A DNA stretch of 7,713 nucleotides. Origin: PVC group bacterium (GTDB lineage Bacteria > GCA-001730085 > JADFSZ01). The position numbers and the translations under genes are program-made. The notes under the pieces were generated by a model that saw only the letters and a list, made by a program, of their open reading frames with translations, ran no database searches and was not told the origin of the DNA. Where the stretch lies: the NCBI GenBank assembly GCA_022560555.1, contig JADFSZ010000083.1:1-7713 (forward strand). Reading direction: 5' to 3'. The stretch's first letter is position 1. Each line of letters begins with the position of its first letter. Positions 5,606 through 7,713 of this stretch are shown piece by piece.

Positions 5606-5620
5606 TGTAAACCATTTACA
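5606..5620. promoter_or_regulatory. 15-bp palindrome TGTAAA-cca-TTTACA (candidate operator) overlapping the leuA -35 hexamer
   Basis: 5606-5611 tgtaaa and 5615-5620 tttaca are exact reverse complements separated by 3 nt. The right arm is the -35 element of the putative leuA promoter. Confidence 0.35.
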
Positions 5621-5643
5621 GGAATCTCTCTTTTAGCTATAAT
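5615..5643 (+). promoter_or_regulatory. Near-consensus sigma70 promoter of leuA (TTTACA-17 nt-TATAAT)
   Basis: The -35 is TTTACA at 5615-5620, the spacer is 17 nt (5621-5637), and the -10 is TATAAT at 5638-5643. The leuA ATG at 5653 begins only 9 nt after the -10 hexamer. Confidence 0.55.
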
Positions 5644-5652
5644 AACGGGCTT

Positions 5653-7227
5653 ATGGAGAAGAAAGACCGACAACCGTTTTTTTATGATGTGACGCTCCGG
5701 GACGGCAATCAGGCCTTGCGCCGGCCGTGGAACACGGCTGAAAAAGAAGTTATATTCCGCCAACTCCTTAGGTTGGGCGTCCAGGCTGTCGAAGTTGGGT
5801 TCTCGGGGGCGAGTGATATGGATTTTGAGGCTTGTCAACACCTGGCAAAGATCGCGAAAAATGAGAATCTCAAAGATATCGAAATTTCCGGCCTGGCCAG
5901 GACCGTTGAGAGGGATATCAAAAAGGTGTATGACGCTATTCACGAGGCGCCCAAACCGCGGATTCATACGTTTATCGGGTTGAGCCCGTTTGCCATGGAG
6001 CATGTTCTTAAGCTCAAGTCCAAGGAAGTCCAGAAAAAGGCGATTGAGGCTGTCCGTTTTGCGAAATCTCTTTTGGGAAAGAAAGGGAGAGTCGAATTCA
6101 GCGCGGAACACTTTGGAGATTGTGCTGACAATTTAGACTTTGTGATTGAGACTTTTCTCGGCTGTATTGAAGCGGGCGCGAGCGTGATCAATCTTCCGAA
6201 TACAGTGGAGAGAACCCGCCCTAGTGAGTTTATCGAACTGGTTCAAAAAGCGGCGGATGCTTTGCCGAAAGACAGTGTCATGATCGCGGTCCATACGCAC
6301 AATGACTTGGGAATGGCCACAGCAACGACGGTAGAAAGCTATTTTGCCGGAGCCACTCAGCTGGAATGTTGCTTAAACGGTCTCGGTGAGCGAGCCGGCA
6401 ACACGAACCTTTTTGAAGTGGCCGTGGCTCTTCATTGCTCGGGCGTCAATGTCCCGCTCAACATGAATGAAATTTATGAAACAAGTCTTCTTATTTCTGA
6501 GATGTCCGGTGTTCCGATTTATGAGAAAGCTCCGCTAGTAGGATCTGACGCGTTGGCGCATCGATCCGGAATACATCAGGATGGTACAGCGAAAACGAAA
6601 GATATGAAGAAAGGCGCGTATCGTTCGTTTGATCCGACTTTGATTGGTCTCGAACCCGGGGAATTGATCACGTTTACAAGTCAATCCGGAAAAACGGCTA
6701 TATGTGAAATTATTCAGCAGGCCGGATGGCCGATATCGATTAAAGAAGCAGTCTATCTTCAACCGTTCATGAAAAGCCGGGCCGAAGAAGTCGGAGAGCT
6801 CAAAGAAGATGAGGTTTTTGATGTCTATTTTAAAAAACTTTTTCATGTTGATGGAAATTTTGAATTTCATGATTTTTTCGAAATTGTAAAGCAGATACCT
6901 TCCTCCAAGGAAAAAAGTCATCTTGAATTTTATCGTATTAAATATTCTTACGATAAGGAAAAGAGAAGTCAAGAAACCAAAGGAGATGGTCCGATTGATG
7001 CATGTCTGAATGCGATTCGTGAAGCTGGTTTTCAGGTAAAACTGCTTCATTATGAACAGAAGGCTGTGCAGAAGGAGCGAAAAGGTTCTGCCTCCGATGC
7101 GATGACAGTGATCAAATTGAAAAATGACAATAATGGCGAAGTCGTTATCTGCCGCGGGCTCAATCCGGATACGCGCGCGGCCAATATCGAAGCGATCTTT
7201 AACGGGCTGAATCTTTTGGGCCTCTAG
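5653..7227 (+). CDS. leuA: 2-isopropylmalate synthase (DRE-TIM/HMGL-like catalytic domain plus LeuA-dimer regulatory domain)
   Basis: 524-aa ORF. The N-terminus FYDVTLRDGNQALRRPW...EVGFSGASDMDF matches the LRDGNQAL/EVGF(P)SAS signature of the long-form LeuA family. It also has NLPNTVERTRPSEF, the metal-binding HTHNDLGMA, NGLGERAGN and AHRSGIHQDG. The C-terminal GDGPIDACLNAIRE...ASDAMTVIKL...ANIEAIFNGLN matches the leucine-binding regulatory domain. An in-frame TAA at 5608-5610 excludes an upstream start. Confidence 0.85.
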   Translation: MEKKDRQPFFYDVTLRDGNQALRRPWNTAEKEVIFRQLLRLGVQAVEVGFSGASDMDFEACQHLAKIAKNENLKDIEISGLARTVERDIKKVYDAIHEAPKPRIHTFIGLSPFAMEHVLKLKSKEVQKKAIEAVRFAKSLLGKKGRVEFSAEHFGDCADNLDFVIETFLGCIEAGASVINLPNTVERTRPSEFIELVQKAADALPKDSVMIAVHTHNDLGMATATTVESYFAGATQLECCLNGLGERAGNTNLFEVAVALHCSGVNVPLNMNEIYETSLLISEMSGVPIYEKAPLVGSDALAHRSGIHQDGTAKTKDMKKGAYRSFDPTLIGLEPGELITFTSQSGKTAICEIIQQAGWPISIKEAVYLQPFMKSRAEEVGELKEDEVFDVYFKKLFHVDGNFEFHDFFEIVKQIPSSKEKSHLEFYRIKYSYDKEKRSQETKGDGPIDACLNAIREAGFQVKLLHYEQKAVQKERKGSASDAMTVIKLKNDNNGEVVICRGLNPDTRAANIEAIFNGLNLLGL

Positions 7228-7250
7228 AGTTTTTCTTTCCGGTAAACCTT

Positions 7251-7713
7251 ATGTCCCTTGATGATTTTGGAAAAAACGAGTACTTTATGAAAGAGGCCTT
7301 AAAAGAAGCTATGAGGGCTTATGATCATGATGAGGTGCCTGTTGGGGCTGTGATCGCGTTTGAGGGTAAACTCATTGCGCGGGCTCATAATCAGGTAGAA
7401 CTCTTAAAAGATCCGACGGCCCATGCGGAGATGATTGCGATCACGCAGGCGTGTGGGTCTTTGGGGCGCTGGCGCTTGACGGGGTGTCGGCTCTATGTTA
7501 GCCTTGAGCCGTGCTCGATGTGCGCGGGGGCCATAGTTTTAGCGAGGCTGGACGCGGTCTTTTTTGGAGCAAAGGATCCCAAGGCGGGGGCTTGCGGGTC
7601 ATTGAGAAATATTGTGTTAGATGATCGTCTGAATCATAAGGTTCAGCTTGTGTCCGGTTTGATGGAGAACGACAGCCAGGATCTCCTGCAGGAATTTTTT
7701 CGAAAAATGAGAA
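7251..7713 (+). CDS. tadA: tRNA-specific adenosine(34) deaminase TadA, truncated at its 3' end by the window edge
   Basis: This ORF is not in the supplied track because there is no stop within the window. Hand translation from the ATG at 7251 gives MSLDDFGKNEYFMKEALKEAMRAYDHDEVPVGAVIAFEGKLIARAHNQVELLKDPTAHAEMIAITQACGSLGRWRLTGCRLYVSLEPCSMCAGAIVLARLDAVFFGAKDPKAGACGSLRNIVLDDRLNHKVQLVSGLMENDSQDLLQEFFRKMR. The zinc motifs H-A-E and P-C-x-M-C and the GA.DPK.G(A) segment are the TadA/CDA-fold signature. An alternative start exists at the ATG at 7287. Confidence 0.85.
   Translation, partial: MSLDDFGKNEYFMKEALKEAMRAYDHDEVPVGAVIAFEGKLIARAHNQVELLKDPTAHAEMIAITQACGSLGRWRLTGCRLYVSLEPCSMCAGAIVLARLDAVFFGAKDPKAGACGSLRNIVLDDRLNHKVQLVSGLMENDSQDLLQEFFRKMR

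Noticed and set aside
5488-5610. Possible leucine leader peptide, attenuator or T-box upstream of leuA. The candidate mini-ORFs are 5488..5541 (MRGFCRPAFISIRVVYQ) and 5581..5610 (MKCSLFRFM).
   Set aside because: Neither mini-ORF has a run of Leu codons. No terminator/antiterminator hairpin with a U-tract is visible, and the region is far too short for a T-box riboswitch.
5593-6111. 172-aa ORF antisense to the 5' part of leuA
   Set aside because: It lies mostly opposite the strongly conserved leuA frame; its last 60 nt extend across the putative leuA promoter into the intergenic region. It has no recognisable motifs, an Arg/Lys/Phe-rich composition typical of antisense frames, and no promoter or RBS of its own.
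6535-7050. 171-aa ORF antisense to the AT-rich linker and regulatory part of leuA
   Set aside because: It is a shadow ORF in an AT-rich, Lys/Phe/Glu-coding stretch of leuA. The sequence is low-complexity (FFKIDIKNLIFF...) with no motif support.
7380-7600. Locally high GC in tadA compared with neighbouring genes, considered as a sign of horizontal transfer
   Set aside because: The GC-rich stretch coincides with the Gly/Ala/Cys/Arg/Pro-rich conserved catalytic core. leuA shows the same pattern, with a GC-richer core and an AT-rich linker. No flanking repeats or integrase genes are present, and I cannot compute codon statistics here.
1-7713. Search for tRNA or rRNA genes, CRISPR repeats, transposase or integrase genes, and terminal inverted repeats
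   Set aside because: Non-coding space is limited to 11, 177 and 23 nt. No short direct repeats with regular spacing were seen, and no recombinase-like ORFs were found on either strand.

Overview
Compact, moderately AT-rich bacterial chromosomal window with five protein-coding genes. I can support no RNA genes, CRISPR arrays or mobile elements. Left to right: (1) nt 1-1674 (+) is the 3' part of a large repeat protein whose 5' end lies upstream of the window. It consists of diverged tandem ~240-aa units. (2) A convergent minus-strand two-gene module follows. A 681-aa fusion of an alpha/beta-hydrolase to an MLE-subgroup enolase-superfamily enzyme (3430-5475) overlaps by 32 nt the start of a 591-aa polytopic GT-C-type glycosyltransferase with a C-terminal TPR domain (1686-3461). 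(3) A 177-nt divergent control region (5476-5652) carries two sigma70-like promoters and two inverted repeats. (4) leuA (2-isopropylmalate synthase, 5653-7227, +). (5) A 3'-truncated tadA (7251-7713, +) is absent from the supplied ORF track. The most unusual object is the hydrolase-enolase fusion. All MLE catalytic residues are intact, and the hydrolase nucleophile elbow carries Cys instead of Ser (A-L-C-W-G-A). The fusion is apparently translationally coupled to a membrane glycosyltransferase. All function calls come from motif recognition by eye, since no database search could be run.
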